64,000 nucleotides of DNA, from positions 11,594,001-11,658,000 of the forward strand of contig OZ176054.1 of assembly GCA_964247055.1 (NCBI GenBank). The letters are read 5' to 3'. The translations under genes were made by a program, and so were the position numbers. This DNA is from Paragordius varius. Its lineage: Eukaryota; Animalia; Nematomorpha. This document shows positions 11,100 to 25,200 of the stretch, piece after piece. Within the stretch, counting starts at the first letter, position 1. Each line of letters opens with the position of its first letter. The notes under the pieces are model-generated. The model saw only the letters and a program-made list of their open reading frames with translations, was not told the origin of the DNA and searched no databases.

Positions 11100-14000
11100 A
11101 TATATATATAACTGAACTTTAGATTATCATGTTTTGTTGTTTATAATTCAAATAAATTTTAAAATTTTACGGCTTATGTTACGTTTTTTTTCATAATTTT
11201 TTATTTGATATATATTTTGTGATAGGTTACTCTGCCCTACAAAAACTGTACGTTACATCTGATTATAAATCTACGATTAAAAAAGCGCTATCAACTACAA
11301 TGGATAATATAAAGTTCCCTCCACCAATTTTTTTCGAAAAATGTTGCGTTCACCCCGATATTATCAAGACTCTGGTGTCTGATTTTACACATTCCTTGAC
11401 AACTTATGGATTTTGTGATTTAGAAGTAAGAATGAATATTTTAACAAAATTTTTCAGGCATATGAACCGTTTAGTTTGAATTCAAAAAAGTATCCTATGA
11501 GAAAACATATTACTAAATCATTCTAAATATTGTTGTTTTTTTCATTTTATTTGTAATTTTTTCCAAGAAACAAATAAATTTAGCTGTTTGTATGTCTATA
11601 CATATATGCAATATAATAAGTTTATATTAATCATAACCATTTTAGCGATAGGCCAAAAATACAATTTTTCCACATGTTTCAGTTTTAATGTGTATCCCCC
11701 CTATAAAATTCTAAACCAGAGAATTATAACTTTTTCTAAAATCTATAATATATCGTATAGAATTTGTTACCACCATACCTTGATGTGGAGCTTGATTGGC
11801 CCGCCATATTTCAAGAATACATTGTTTGTGGTGAAGGGTCAATCTTTAATTCTTCCAATGTTAATGCAAACATGGTAGATACCAAAAGGAAATTTATTTG
11901 GTTAGATGATTCTGACCTATTCTGGTCATCAACTAACATTAGCGGCATTTTAAACAGCGAAAAAAATGTTCCCTCACTTCTTAATACAGTATATAGATAG
12001 AAATTAAAAACTAAAAATATTTGTTAAGGCAATCATACCCTTTTAAACCTTGATTTTTTTAGTTTTGCCTTTCGTTTTTGGCTGCAAATAAGGAAAAGAA
12101 ATGTAAATTGGTAACCCAATCAATTAAACATTTTACAAGATTGTAATTTTATAATAGTTTATGTGAAAATTATCAAGTAAAGTTATAAAAAGTATGGTTA
12201 TCTTTGTAACAAAAAATATTTGTCTTTTAGTTTTTTTGCCTGCCTGATTTAAATTTTTACTGTAATTTTTTTCCAGAAAAATTTTGATTCATCATCTATC
12301 ATCATTGGCAAATTGAGTGAAAAGGGAGACATCTTTTTAACGGACCTTGATTCGGGTTTCATAATTTCTCAGCTATTGGTCCGTAAATATGGTCAACTCT
12401 TTGTGGGAACATTAAAGGAAAGAGCCCTTAAAGTTTAGTTTATTTGTAAAATTATCTTTTTCTTCAAATAGTTTAATTATAATTGTCAGTATTGGTTTTA
12501 TGTAAATTTAGTTTTTTAATATTATTTTTATTTTGTATATATTTTGGAGTAAAGTTTTGATTTAATGACAAAACCTATTTGAATAATGTATAAATATTTA
12601 TTTATCATGAAAATATGATTTTTAATCCTTGATTTTTTGAATATAATTAATTATATATTGAAATATACACATATCTACTTCTCTTTTGGAGTTTTAAAGT
12701 GTAAGTAATAAAATTTAGGTTAAAAATATGGTTTTGCTTATAAAAAAATATTATCTTTACTATACATTTTAAACGTTTAATAATTTTAGCAACTGTACTT
12801 GGTTATTTTGCACCTACCACATTGTTTACTAGAAAAAACTTTCGATATATTTAATTTGGTTAAATGTAATGAATTTTAATTTGTTTTTTAGCAACTCGAA
12901 ACGCAAGGTCAACAAAATAATAATCCTAAACTTTATTTTTCCCCGGAGAATAAAAAGGTTGAAAATGCCTCCTTCGATTATCCCGATGACAATAAAGCCA
13001 AAAGACGTGAAGAACGTCGAAGGCCTCAACAAAAGAGATCTCAACACATAAATGAGGGTAATTTTATTTAAAAACATTCAAAAATAATTTAATTTGAAAA
13101 AAAAAGTTCATTGTAACTTATTTTTAGTTTTTACTAAAAAAGGATACTTTACTGAAAATTAAAATTTACTGGACAAAACATAAAATAAAGAATGAATATT
13201 TTTATGAAGAAACCGTATTTTAAGATTTACTAACCTATGGTTTTGGGTTGCTAAAGACAAGAGGTGCAAGTATAAAACACTTTATTTTATATTTACAATC
13301 GTAAAGATTATATAGAAAAAAATAATTTCTATTAAAAAACAATTTTAATCTTTTACTGTTTATATCCTTAATATATTCATTTTTTTACTATAAAAGTTAT
13401 TCTTTTAGCTTTTTAATTTTTTAACGAAGGATAAGATAAACAACCCTATTAAAAGGAAAATAATTTATTAATCTCTCATTGTTTTCCTAAAAAGGAAATA
13501 ACGCTAATATAAATATATCTTTGACATGCATTCATTTTTTAAAAAAAGAAATGTCTGAAAAATAAAATAGCTAAATTTTTATACCTTTTTGTCTTTTTTT
13601 TATCTTAGAAACGGATGAGAACCAATCAATTAATGTTGCAAATCAAAGCTGTAATAGTCAAAGGACTGTGGGTGGTGGAGGGGGTCGAGGTGCCCGTGAA
13701 ATCCGCACTAAAGCTGTTAAACAACACAACTTCTCAGGGCAGAATCAAAAGTCACGTGCACACGAAAAAAACCTATTGGCCAATCAAAAGGCAGAGCATC
13801 AGGAAAAAGAAAAAAGCTTAGTTAAGAGTGCTCATGATTATGAGGAAAGAGGTAATTTTCTTTGAGCGTTTTTTTGTGGTTTTTTATTTTCATTTAGTGG
13901 TTTTAAGATTTTTAGGGTTTTGCAAGTATTTTTTTGTAAAATTTTGGTCTTTTATTCAATTCGCTTGAGTTTTGGATAATGAAACAAATTAAGAAAAGCG

Positions 14001-17000
14001 CTTGTCATTATAATGAAAGATGTGATTTTTTGAAGGTGTTTATTAATGTTTTGAAGGAGTTCGATTTACATATTTTTAGTTATAATTATGGCTATTTAAT
14101 ATAAATTCCCTTTAAATTATTTTTGTGGGGTTAAATGTTTTTTATTATTAATAGTATTGCAGTTTTTGAAATATTCGATACTAATTATTATACATATGGT
14201 ATATTTACAATGTTTTTATTTTAATTCATATATAATATATATGTATATAAAATATATGTTTTTAATTTTAGAGCAGAACCGTATTTTGGTAATTACAATT
14301 GTTGAAGGAAAAATAATTTTAGATTTTATTATACAAAAATTTATTCTGTCCTATTAGATAATTAAATACAAAATGTAAATCCAAATTGTTAACTATAATT
14401 AGCCTCTTAATTTTACGCTTTCCTATTGTGTAAGTTAACCTTTATATATACTCCTTTTAAGGGGCTAAAAATATGAGGTATTTCATATAAATTTTTTATT
14501 TTATTATCTATTATTAACGAATACTTGGCATCTTAAATAAAAAACACTTTGTGAATCGTATAATTATTTTTACATAAAAATTTTTATAGTAAAAGCTTTG
14601 GAAAAAAACAGCATAGTTCCGCTTGATGAAATGCGAACACAATTGGAAAATTTTGCCTCCCACCTAACCATGTCTGAAATTGGGGAAGATTTTAGCGCTA
14701 TTTTTACCGATGAGAATCGTCGAGAACAATTTGAAATACTTGTTTGTTATCTATTACTTGAGTAATTTTTTAGTTTTACAGTAAATAAATTTATAGACAA
14801 AATGGAAAGGTTAAATGACAAATTTCTATTTTTAGTCAGAAAAGATAGCCCATACTTTATTAAACGTTGATTTTTTCCATATAACTTTGCGATTATGTGC
14901 AAAATAAGAAATAGATGTGTAAATTGTTACTACGCATTACATTATATATATTATAATTGTAAACATAATGGGAAAACATAAGGTTTTAAAACTATGGGCT
15001 ATCTTTAAATTTTACGGTTTCGTCCATTTAATAATATGTTGTTTAAATTGGATATGTTAAAATATTTGTTATTTGTAATTTTGTTATTTAACCCTTTTTT
15101 TGTTTAATTATCTAACGTATTTACTGCGTTATTAATAGTAAAACATTTACCCAAGAACTTATCATTTTTGCCAGTTAATTCACGTAATTTATCGAGGTTT
15201 TGGGTGCGCATAAAGAATTATCTTTTGCTTTTGTTTACCATAAATTTTACTTTATTTTTAGACCACTGCAATCGGAATACGAAAAAGAATTAAACCAATG
15301 TCGAGTAGAGTTTGCTAATATTGGTCGAAGTAGCCAACGGGATACGTGCGATAAAACAGCTGAGATTTGTAATTTGGAGTTTCAAAAACTACAAACTTTT
15401 CACAAAAATTTACAATCCTATCATACCCTACTAAATGGTTTATCATTTTTTTAAATTTATATCATTATATATTATATAAATATATATGAATTTCTTTTTA
15501 TGCGAACTGATACTTTTTTAACCACTTTTTTTTAAAAACAGTTAATAGTTTTACAAAAATAAAAGCTTAAAAATTTAAGGAGTAATTTTTTTTGGTACAG
15601 AAAACAATATTTTTTGAATCCTGATTTTAATATTCTACATCATTTTGAGATTGTAAAATAAATAAAGGTGTAGATTGTAACATGATTAATTATATATTTT
15701 ATATTGTTATCATTTAGATCAGGGGGTGTTTAACATAATATACCACGGGCTGCTTTGATACTTTTTGGTTTTTTTATTTATTTAGCCTAATTTTGTATGA
15801 TATATATGTTTTTAAAATATTTGAATGAAATCATTTTTTTACCATTTTTTATAGCATTTTTTACCGAATAAAGCGTGTTAGGCATCCCTGATTTAAATTA
15901 TATAAATAAAATTGGGGACAAACAATATATGGGTTTCTTTATTTAAAAAAAGTTGAATTATATCTTGTTTCAATAATATTTTAATTTTAATACTAATATA
16001 GATAAACTATATACCGACCTTGAGAAATATTTAGTAAAATCGGACGTTATCGAACTCTATTGCCATTTAGTCGAATATATGGCTAATTTTCAATCTCAAA
16101 ATATTTCAGAAGAAAATAGCGAACAACACCGTGAACAATTACTTAAATTGGCACAAACTACAGAAGTAAGCACTAATGTACAAAATAATAAAATATAGTT
16201 TTTTAATTATTATTTTTTTTCTATATATAAATATTTTGTATTTTTAAATTTTTTCGGATACTTGAGATGTTAATAAACAGTTTATTTGTCGTAAATGGTA
16301 TGAGACTACTTATTTTCATTACTTTTAAAAATCGTTTATGTAAATATTAAAACACGATAATAAAAAAATTATATGCTATTTGGAATTAACTCTAAATTTA
16401 AAAATTTGCTATGCAATTTAATCTTTTATTTTATTTGAAAATAATTGGTTTTTATTTATAAAATAATTGAATTTAATTGTTTATTAACCCATTTTTAGGG
16501 AAGAAAGAAAATGGTAGCAGAATTTCCTGAATCATCCCGTAATGTATTTGCTACACTCAGCAAACTAATATCTCAAAATGTAATTTTTTTAAATTTTATA
16601 CTTTGAACAAGCGTTTTGATTTAAAAATTAGTATTTTTTCATTATTAAAATCCTGGTAACAATGGGTTTTTTTGTTTAAAATTAATTTTTTTAACTAAAT
16701 TTTTATATTAATTATTGATATATTTTTCTTCAATGTTTAGAACGTGTCAGGCTTTTGTGAAGAGCTCTTGCTTCTTTCTCAATCCAATAGTCTTCATATG
16801 GTTTTAAAAAGGGTCGATAAAAAGATGGAAAGGTAAAATATATTAAAAAATTTTAAATTTTAATTTAATTATAATAGTTTTTAACAAAATCCATATAAAT
16901 TAGTTTTATTTAATAAAAATTAAAACGTTAAGACAAAAAATAAAAAGCAATTGAGTGTTTAAGGATAAAGGATTAATTAAAAGTGTTCAAAGACCCTTTT

Positions 17001-17011
17001 TTATTTAATGG

Positions 17012-17043
<32 letters not shown>

Positions 17044-19163
17044 ATATATAGCCCTGATATTTTATACCCTTTTACAAGGAATATAGCTGTAATAATTTTA
17101 AATATCACTAATTACATTATAAAAATTCAAGGTTTTATAAATATGCTATTCTATACAAAATAATATTTATCTTTTATTTTTATATTTCATTATTTATTTT
17201 TATTGTATATATTTTTTAGACAAATTAATCAAGAATACCGACATCAATTAATTGCGCGTTTAGATGCGTTGCTTAATCGTTTAAACTCCGAAACTAAATC
17301 TGAAAGTAGCGATGAAAACAAAAAAACATCCATACAAAACAACAATGTTTCAATAAATGAAATAATTTTATCGGCATTTCATCACTTGGTTCTTTTACTA
17401 TTTAGCCAAGCATTTAGCACTACTAATAATACCAACATTTTAAACCTTAAAGCTTCGGGTAAGTTTGTACCCCAGTTAATATCAGCTCTGTGTTCTTCCT
17501 TGATTCAAGATACGGTAAAAATAAATTAAATTATATAAAAGTCTACTATTTTTTGAATAAAGAAACATATGTAATTAAATCTTGATTTTTTATGTTTTAT
17601 TGCACGAAAAGAGTAATGCATTAAAATAATTTAAAATTATAAAGACAGAACCTAAAAAAGTTACAAAAAGAAACCTATTTTTTGAACCATATTTTTCTTT
17701 TTTTATATCTATAACCTAGTTTTGAGTTGCAGTGAAATAAGGAATATAGATTTAAATTTGCAACACATTCAATGGTTATATTTCAATTCATAGTTATATA
17801 AGTTTTAAAAATAATAATAATAAATACGGTTTTATGCAAAAAATATATATGTTTTATGATATATATATACGTATATATAATATACCATTTTCAGTTCACA
17901 CCCTCGAACAATTCAAATTCACCCTCAATTATTTTCGCTAATATACCTCTTTATTAATATGAAATATATTTTATTTTTTAAAAATATATTAATATAAGTA
18001 ATTTTTAATCTTAACATATATTATATTTGAGGGTGAATTAATTGTTCGAGGGTAAATTTGAATTGTTTAAGGGGGAATTTGAATTGGTCAAAGGTGAAAT
18101 TGAATCCTTAGTGGTATATTTAATGTAACTTTTCCTCTAAGAACGTAACCGAAGTTGATGGCACAAAGGATAGGGATAAGAAAAAACGACAATCCAAAAA
18201 AGGAGCAAAGAATGATGAATTCTTTGAAAACGGCGAATCTAAAACAGCTGAGACAAAAAAATCTAATAATACTGCCACAAGTTTAACAGCTCAGAATTTG
18301 GAAATGTTGAAAGAATGTCAAAGTAATTAATTTACCAACTATCGAAATATTAAATTTTTGATTATTTAAAGATTAATTATCAAAAAAACCTATCATATTT
18401 TCTTTCGTTTAACTTTTATAAAGCTGAAATTTTTATTAGTTTTTTTTAATGGTTGATTATTTCACACTATAGTACAAGTTACAGTAGTGTATGGAAAAGA
18501 GACAACAAAATGTTGAAAAAACAATTATTTTCTTCCTTTTTTCCATATACTACTGTGTTGCAAATTGCTATACTATAGTGTGAAATAACCATTAAAATGC
18601 CTACTGTAACTTAAACACGGAATATTTATTTATTTTTATCATTTATTTAAATTTATTTAAAATGAAATCTAAAATTATATGGGAAACGTACAATTAATAT
18701 GCTTAAAAGGGTACAATACTTTATAATCCCTAACTTTTCATATATAAATTATTTAATTACCATTGTAAAATATATAATTGATTGTGTTACCAATTTACAT
18801 CTCTATTTCATACTTTGCAATTTTAAACAATGACTTATATACAAAAAATACGATTTATAAAAAATGGTTTGTCTTTTAGAAAAAAAAATTTCTTTAAGTG
18901 TTTACGTTTTGCCCAAAAATTATTGGGTAGAATTATATATATTTTTATGCATATTTATAGCTGAAATTTTAGAGATGGTACGTAGAATAGGGGGAGATAA
19001 TCAAAAACCTAATTCAATCATATCATCAGATCATGGGGATGATATAACTTCAGAAAATATTAATGCTGGCAATAATAGCATTTCGTCGGGTCTTCATAAC
19101 GTTGAAGAGGTGCAAAATATTGTGCAAAAACTTTTTGAGCTCAAAAAACTTATTTCTATATAG
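9084..19163 (+). CDS. UFL1: E3 UFM1-protein ligase 1 (18 exons, ~1062 aa)
   Basis: Exons: 9084-9157, 9180-9452, 9478-9592, 10136-10325, 10679-10858, 11226-11425, 11761-11988, 12277-12432, 12892-13057, 13609-13851, 14590-14761, 15262-15437, 16002-16165, 16499-16579, 16741-16832, 17220-17514, 18142-18322, 18961-19163. All introns are GT-AG with matching phases, totalling 3189 nt. Diagnostic peptides: LSENNCIEIIDKL..DGKEYLTP..GGRINIVDL, FDLPGEY, GGGGGRGAREIRTK and LKRVDKKMERQ. Confidence 0.92.
15720..15890. mobile_element. hAT (Charlie/Buster-like) MITE in a UFL1 intron
   Basis: Ends are CAGGGGGTGTTTAAC...GTTAGGCATCCCTG. The 8-bp flanks atttagat/atttaaat match at 7/8 positions, consistent with a target-site duplication (TSD). 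Confidence 0.7.
17881..18118. mobile_element. MITE with ~20-bp subterminal repeats (TTGAACAATTCAAATTCACCC-like)
   Basis: Ends are TATACCA...TGGTATA, with inverted arrays of the ~20-mer. Relatives lie at ~34135-34390, 37918-38168, ~45060-45530 and ~58210-58420. Confidence 0.65.
18440..18606. mobile_element. Tc1/mariner-type MITE (short member of the 30198 family)
   Basis: Runs ttaatggttgattatttcacactatag ... ctatagtgtgaaataaccattaaaatgcctactg|TA. Confidence 0.6.
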
Positions 19164-20097
19164 ATATATAAATTTTTGTTATCAAAATAATAAATTAAGT
19201 TTATTATATCTTGCGTATGTGTGATGTTGGCAATTATAAACTAGTTTTTTTGTATATAAAAAATGTATTAGGAAGTTATTTATTTGAATGAGAGCGTGTT
19301 AAAAAATAGATTAAATCTGGACTCTATTCCAAAAAGTATATATTTTTTATATAGGTATGGTTTTTTTAATTTGTTAATTTAGCATACTTCCGAATATTAT
19401 ATCACCGGTTTCCTCTTATAATTATTTCTTGATGTGGATTTGAGGCAATAGAAGTAATATCATTGTAAAAAATTTGGTCCTTGATAATAAAATTATCACT
19501 GGTATAGTGAAAGAATATATAATCACATAATATAATTAAACCTAAAAAATTAAAGCTGACGGGTCAATGACAACAGTTAAAAATTATAGGTCAAGATGAA
19601 AAAACATAAAAACAATTTTTTTTCAAAAAACCTCTGTACTTTTTTGCTTAATTTTTTTATTATAACTTATTGTATTATATTGCAAAATATGGAATTGAAA
19701 TGTTTATTGGTAACACAATCAGTTATTTATTTACGATTGTAATTCAATAATTATTGTGGAAGTTTCATAAAGTATGTTTGTCTTATGAAAAAAAAATGCC
19801 TTATGTTTTTATGTTATTTTATGTAATTTCAATTTTTACTGCAGTAATAAGTTAGCATGTAAATCAATCATCAAAAAACTTGAGATGACAAAGCAATTAT
19901 TATAAAAATCTTTAAAATGGGAACACTATTAACGAGCTTAACATTTTCCTATGAGCTACATCTAAACCGTGAAGAAATGGTTTGGAAATCGGAAAACTAT
20001 TTGATCAAAAGTATCAAATGATGTTTAAATTAATATCATACCAGTACCAACGTTATAGAATTAACAAGACTCATACTCATTGGTATAAGAAGACTAA

Positions 20098-20620
20098 TTT
20101 CCGCCTTTTCGTACCACCATTGCCATTTCTACCACCATCTCCAACGTAACCGGTTTCCCATCAAACATTGCATCTGGAAATTTTGTGAACAGATCTGTTT
20201 CCAATCTTTTGAGTTGTAACCCTCCAACAAACCCATCTCTAATTCTTAGCATTGCATCTTGCCCAAAGTTTCACCGGGCCGCACATTTTTTTACCCGAAT
20301 CAAATAATCCATTACTGATTCCGTGGCTTCCCTTCGGAGTTGCGTAAACTGGAACCTGGCTGCAAACACATTGTATGTCGGAGCAAATATTTTTATCCAG
20401 CTGCTACCAAAGCATCCCACCCCACTTCCTCTAACAGTACGGGATAAAAGAATTTCTCCAACTTTGGAATATGGGATAGACCGATGTAGGCCAATAACAG
20501 GTTTATGTTTGTTTCGTCATCTCCTTGAATTAATTTCACTTTAAACACTTTATTTATATAATCCATATAATCATCAAAGCTAGTTGCGGGATCATATGCT
20601 TCCAGACTTAATTTCTCCAT
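20098..20620 (-). pseudogene. Ty3/Gypsy gag fragment, lineage A (frameshifted)
   Basis: Translates as MEKLSLEAYDPATSFDDY..LLLAYIGL. After a frameshift it reads FAARFQFTQLRREATESVMDYLIRV..NFGQDAMLRIRDGFVGG, a typical gypsy gag segment. Confidence 0.8.
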
Positions 20621-20643
20621 GCGCGAATCTAATGAGATAAAAA

Positions 20644-20710
20644 ATCGACCGCGCCAAATGTGGTAAATCGAGAAACCGTAAAACAATAATATTTATTGAG
20701 ATAAAATACA
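20644..20710 (-). mobile_element. LTR-A stub and primer-binding site (PBS)
   Basis: The minus strand reads ...ACCACA-TT-TGGCGCGGTCGAT upstream of the gag ATG. The ~45 bp from 20659 recur at 21521. The PBS resembles a tRNA-Ser type (inference). Confidence 0.65.
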
Positions 20711-20729
20711 TATCGATTATATAAATAGA

Positions 20730-21470
20730 ATGTTAAAAGTGAAATTAATTCAAAGAAAGACAAAACAAAAAAAACTTGTTATTGGTCTACATCGGTCTAT
20801 CCCATATTCCAAAGTTGAAGAAATTCTTCTATCCCGTACTGTTAGAGGAAGTGGGCTGGGATGCTTTGGTAGTAGCTGGAAAAAATATTTGCTCTGACAC
20901 ACAATGTGTTTGCAGCCAGGTTCCAGTTTACGCAACTCCGGAGGGAAGCCAGAATCAGTGATGGATTAATTGATTCGGTTAAAGGAATGTGCTGCCCGGT
21001 GCAACTTTGGGCAAGATGCAATGCTAAGAATTAGAGATGGGTTTTTGGAGGGTTACAACTCAAAAGATTGGAAATAGATCTGATCACAAAATTTCCAGAT
21101 GCAATGTTTGATGGGAAACCGGTTACGTTGGAGATGGTGGCAGAAATGGCAATGGTGTACGAAATGGCGGACAGTTGTTTGATTGATCAGGGTCCCGACA
21201 GGCAGGTGATGATGATTAGAAAAAAGTGTGGAAAATGTGGGTGCGTGCATGCGATCAACCGGTGTCCCGCTTCAAACAAAGAGTGTTACCGATGCAAAGG
21301 ACAAGGTCATTTTGGCAGATGTTGCCGGCGAGTTAATATAGTGAATGGTAACAATAATCATATGAAGCCCGAACGCAAGCAAGTCTGAATAGCCATTGGG
21401 TGAGGATGTTGTACGATACCGGAGCTCAAATATCATTGATTGGGAAAAGCACGTGGATGATAGGGGGCAC
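20730..21470 (+). pseudogene. Ty3/Gypsy gag-protease fragment, lineage A
   Basis: Inverted paralog of 20098-20548. It continues into zinc knuckles CGKCGCVHAINRC and CYRCKGQGHFGRC and the protease motif MLYDTGAQISLI (~21410-21445). Confidence 0.82.
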
Positions 21471-21520
21471 GAGTGACATGTTTGATGTTTGCTCGTTGCA
21501 AGGTATCTTTAAAATCCAAA

Positions 21521-22200
21521 TGTGGTAAATCGAGAAACCGTAAAACAATAATATTTATTGAGATAAATACAAAACTAAGTTTGCGATGTTTATATACATT
21601 TTGTGAATATAATATTTACATGTTAAACCAAGGTAAAATAACCTGTGCAGGTTAAATACAAAATTGATACAATAGTTTAATTCAAATATAAAAGGTCATT
21701 AAAAATGTTTCCAAATCTAATATATAAATTTCGCCAATCTTAGCTAAAAAGATATATTCAAATCTATCATATCATTTTATCCGAATCCGAGCCGATCTGG
21801 ACCTTTTCTTTCCCTAAGAGGATATCTCCTTTCAGGTTCTTTCTCAGTTGTCTTTTCTGTTCTTATTTGAACCTGGGTGTCTTTCTCGTTTTCTTTTTCT
21901 TTTCTTTGTTCCTCCCCCACCTCATGATTATTGGTTGTAATAGCTTCATCTGTTTGGTTTATCGTTAAATTATCATCCTCCTCTCCGCCGTTCTCGACAC
22001 CGGTCGGCCGTACGCATGCTTGCGAAGTGTTCGATTTCCATCTTTAACCGTGTACGAGAGTAGCCCTGTTCTCTCCAAAATTGAACCTTTTCTCCACCCT
22101 GAATTGATTTCATTCTTTATGTACACTTCTTCTTCCGGTTTAAAAACTTGATTGGGTATGATGTCGTCCTCTAATTGTTGTAAGGGTGTTTCCCTAACCC
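21521..22200 (-). mobile_element. Gypsy integrase C-terminus plus 3' LTR-A (LTR 21521-21774, TG...CA on the minus strand)
   Basis: The minus strand encodes FKPEEEVYIKNEINSGWRKGSILERTGLLSYTVK..RKH and EPERRYPLRERKGPDRL, followed by TGATATG...ACCACA. Confidence 0.72.
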
Positions 22201-22204
22201 AAGA

Positions 22205-25200
22205 AAATTATAATTTGTTTCTATTATAAATTCATTCATTGGTGCCGTGAATGGAAAACGAAATTTCCAAGATCAGTATTAATGAATACGATCCAAACAC
22301 TCATTTTAAACAAAACTTAAAGCATGTGAATGGTATTTTAATCGCTAAAAACATTAATCCAAATGATGAAATATTAAAAGACTTATTCCTTGCGTATGCA
22401 GGACTCAGGACAATCTCAAAACTGGAAATTCAAGCATTCCCAACCAAAATAGAGGATATGACATGGCCTCAAATTCAAAAAATGGCATTTCAAATCTTTG
22501 CCCCTGACAAAAGTACATGGCTAAGTCGAAAAAAATTCTTTAAAACGACAAGACATGAAGGCGAAATCATGAGTTATATGGAAAGATTAAAAGTAATAGC
22601 TGACGATTGTGATTTTGAAGGCAATATAGCATACTTATTAAGAGATGTTTTCTTGGTCTAATCCTAGAACAGGAATTACATATAAGATTCCCCACGGGTC
22701 AAACTGAAAGCGAACCAGTGCAGATGATACTAGATATGGCAAGATCCCTAGAATTGATTGAACCAAAAGTACTTAAGATCCACAAAGAAAGAGTCATACA
22801 ACAAAGAGATTGTTAACGATGTGGCAAGCGACATTCGATCGACAGATGTGATGGAAATGGTCAACGTTGCTACAAGTGCGGTAAATACAACCATTTTGCC
22901 AAGTATTGTTGTACCAAGTGTCCCACCAAACAAGGTATTCGGTTAGTAACAAATTCAATTGGGATGGGCCCAACAATAACCGTGCAACTAAACGAAATAG
23001 AAACAACAATGTTATTTGACACAAGTGCTGATGTGACGGTTATCAATGACAGATGCTGGAGATCAACCGGACACACGACTAGATGTAGCACAGAGACTAT
23101 CCGCATACAATAACGAAACAATCCCGACCATCGGTAAATCAGAATTAAGCGTAACAATGAACGGTATCTAAAATTCTTGAATGTTTTGTAACCGAGGGAG
23201 ATCGACCATTAATTTTTGGTCTCCCTTGGATTCGTGCATTTGATTTAAATTTACCCAATAATGTGATGATTAATAAAATAACTAAAAAATCTATGTGTAA
23301 CCAGATAGGTTGTTCTCGGGGTTAGGCTGCCTAACGAATATGGAGGTATCAATTGCGATTAAAAATAATGAACACCCAAAATATACCCCTGCAGGACAGT
23401 TCCCCTACCCCTGCAAGAACGTGCGGAAAAGGAACTAGATAGATTGATAGACTTAGGTATCTGAGAAAATCAACCCAAATATAGAGCGTATATCTTGGGC
23501 CACACCAACAGTAAATATATTAAAACCAAATGGTCAAATAAGGATATGTGCGGATTTCCTAATCAGCATCAATCCTCATTTGCTACCCGATTCCCACGTA
23601 ATCCCAACCTTTGATGAACTAATCACAAAAACATTTCAAGGGACAGTTTTAACATCACTAGATCTGAAAGATGCTTACTGCAAATTCCCATACAACAATC
23701 ATCACAACCACTACTGACCATAACTACCCATCAGGGTTTTTATTGTTACCAACGACTTCTATTTGGGTTGACCCACTGCCCTTCTTATATTTCAACGAAT
23801 CATGGATAATTTGATTGGTGATATACCAGGTATATGTATCTATTTAGATGACATTTTAATATCAGGTAAAACAAGAACCGCTAATGATACCACATTGACC
23901 AGGGTATTGCAACGATTGGAAGCTGGAGGGTTGAAAGTGAGCAGAGACAAATTGCAACTTGCCGTTTTATCTGTCAATTACATGGGATATGAAATTTCAA
24001 AGAATGGAATTTGTCCCACCAATGACAAAATTCAAGCTTTGATCGATTGTCCGAGACCCACCAATAAGACAGAATTGAGATCTTTTTTAGGACTGCTAAA
24101 CTTTCACGAAAGATTCATACCAAATCTCCATCAAGCGATATGCAACCTTCACAGAAACACAGGTTCAGTTCCACGGACCTGGGCCGACATAGAAGAAGAG
24201 GAGATTCAATCCGCAAAACTAATGATAAATTACAATACTTTAATACCGTATAACCCAAAGGCCGATAATAGAAACAGATGCATCAAACAAGGGTTTGGAA
24301 CGATTTTACTACATATTACCCTGGAAGGAAAGCGTCCCATATCATACGCCTCACGCTAATATACCGATGCCGAAACCAATTATTCAACAATAGAGAAAGA
24401 AGCAAAAGCTACGTTTGCTATAGAAAAATTTAAACCATTTATATATGGTAGAAAATTTAAAATTATAACCGACCACAAACCACTAATCGGTCTATTTGGT
24501 AGCACTCGAAATTTATAAAATATTAATAATGCTAATCTTCTTAGATGATATATAAAACATCGGGATACGACTATGAAATCGAAGATAAAAAAGGGCAAAA
24601 CAATTTAGCCGACGCTTCCAGATTGCCAAATAGTGATAATACCATGGAGGTGCAAAATGAAGATGATGAGGTATCACACACGGTAAAATTTTTAACTATG
24701 AATAAATTTAATCTAAGTAAAGAGTTAGTGGAAAATGAGAGAATGTTAGATCCACTGGCAAACAAACTTAAATCAGCAATAAGGACAAATGATTGGAGAG
24801 ATCCAAGTATCAAAGAATTCCTGAAAGTAAAAAAGGAAATTCAAATACACTATAATCTTTTATTTGTATATGAGAGATTACTAATACCCACATCCTTACA
24901 GCGGGACGTAATGAAATTCCTACATACTGGACATAACGGAGTGCAATCGGTGAAACAACAAAGCAAGACAATCCATATATTGGCCAAACTTAGAAAAGAG
25001 ATTTAGAAAATTTTGTAGAAACATGTGAACCGTGTCAAAGAAACAAGCCTAATATAAAGGAAAATTCAACATGGAAATGGATCAACACCGCGTTGTGGAA
25101 GAGAATTCACATCGACGTAGCCGGACCAATAGATGGTTATTTTTGGTTAGTCACCATTGATAGCGCGTCAAGATGGGTTGAGGTGGATTTACTCAAATCG

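Noticed and set aside
14272-14288. Candidate UFL1 micro-exon
   Set aside because: The flanking exons already join in phase 1, and using the first AG would break the frame.
14797-14864. Apparent extra tiny exons and introns after UFL1 exon 14590-14761
   Set aside because: Direct splicing to 15262 gives the conserved LLEPLQSEY segment, so they are unnecessary.
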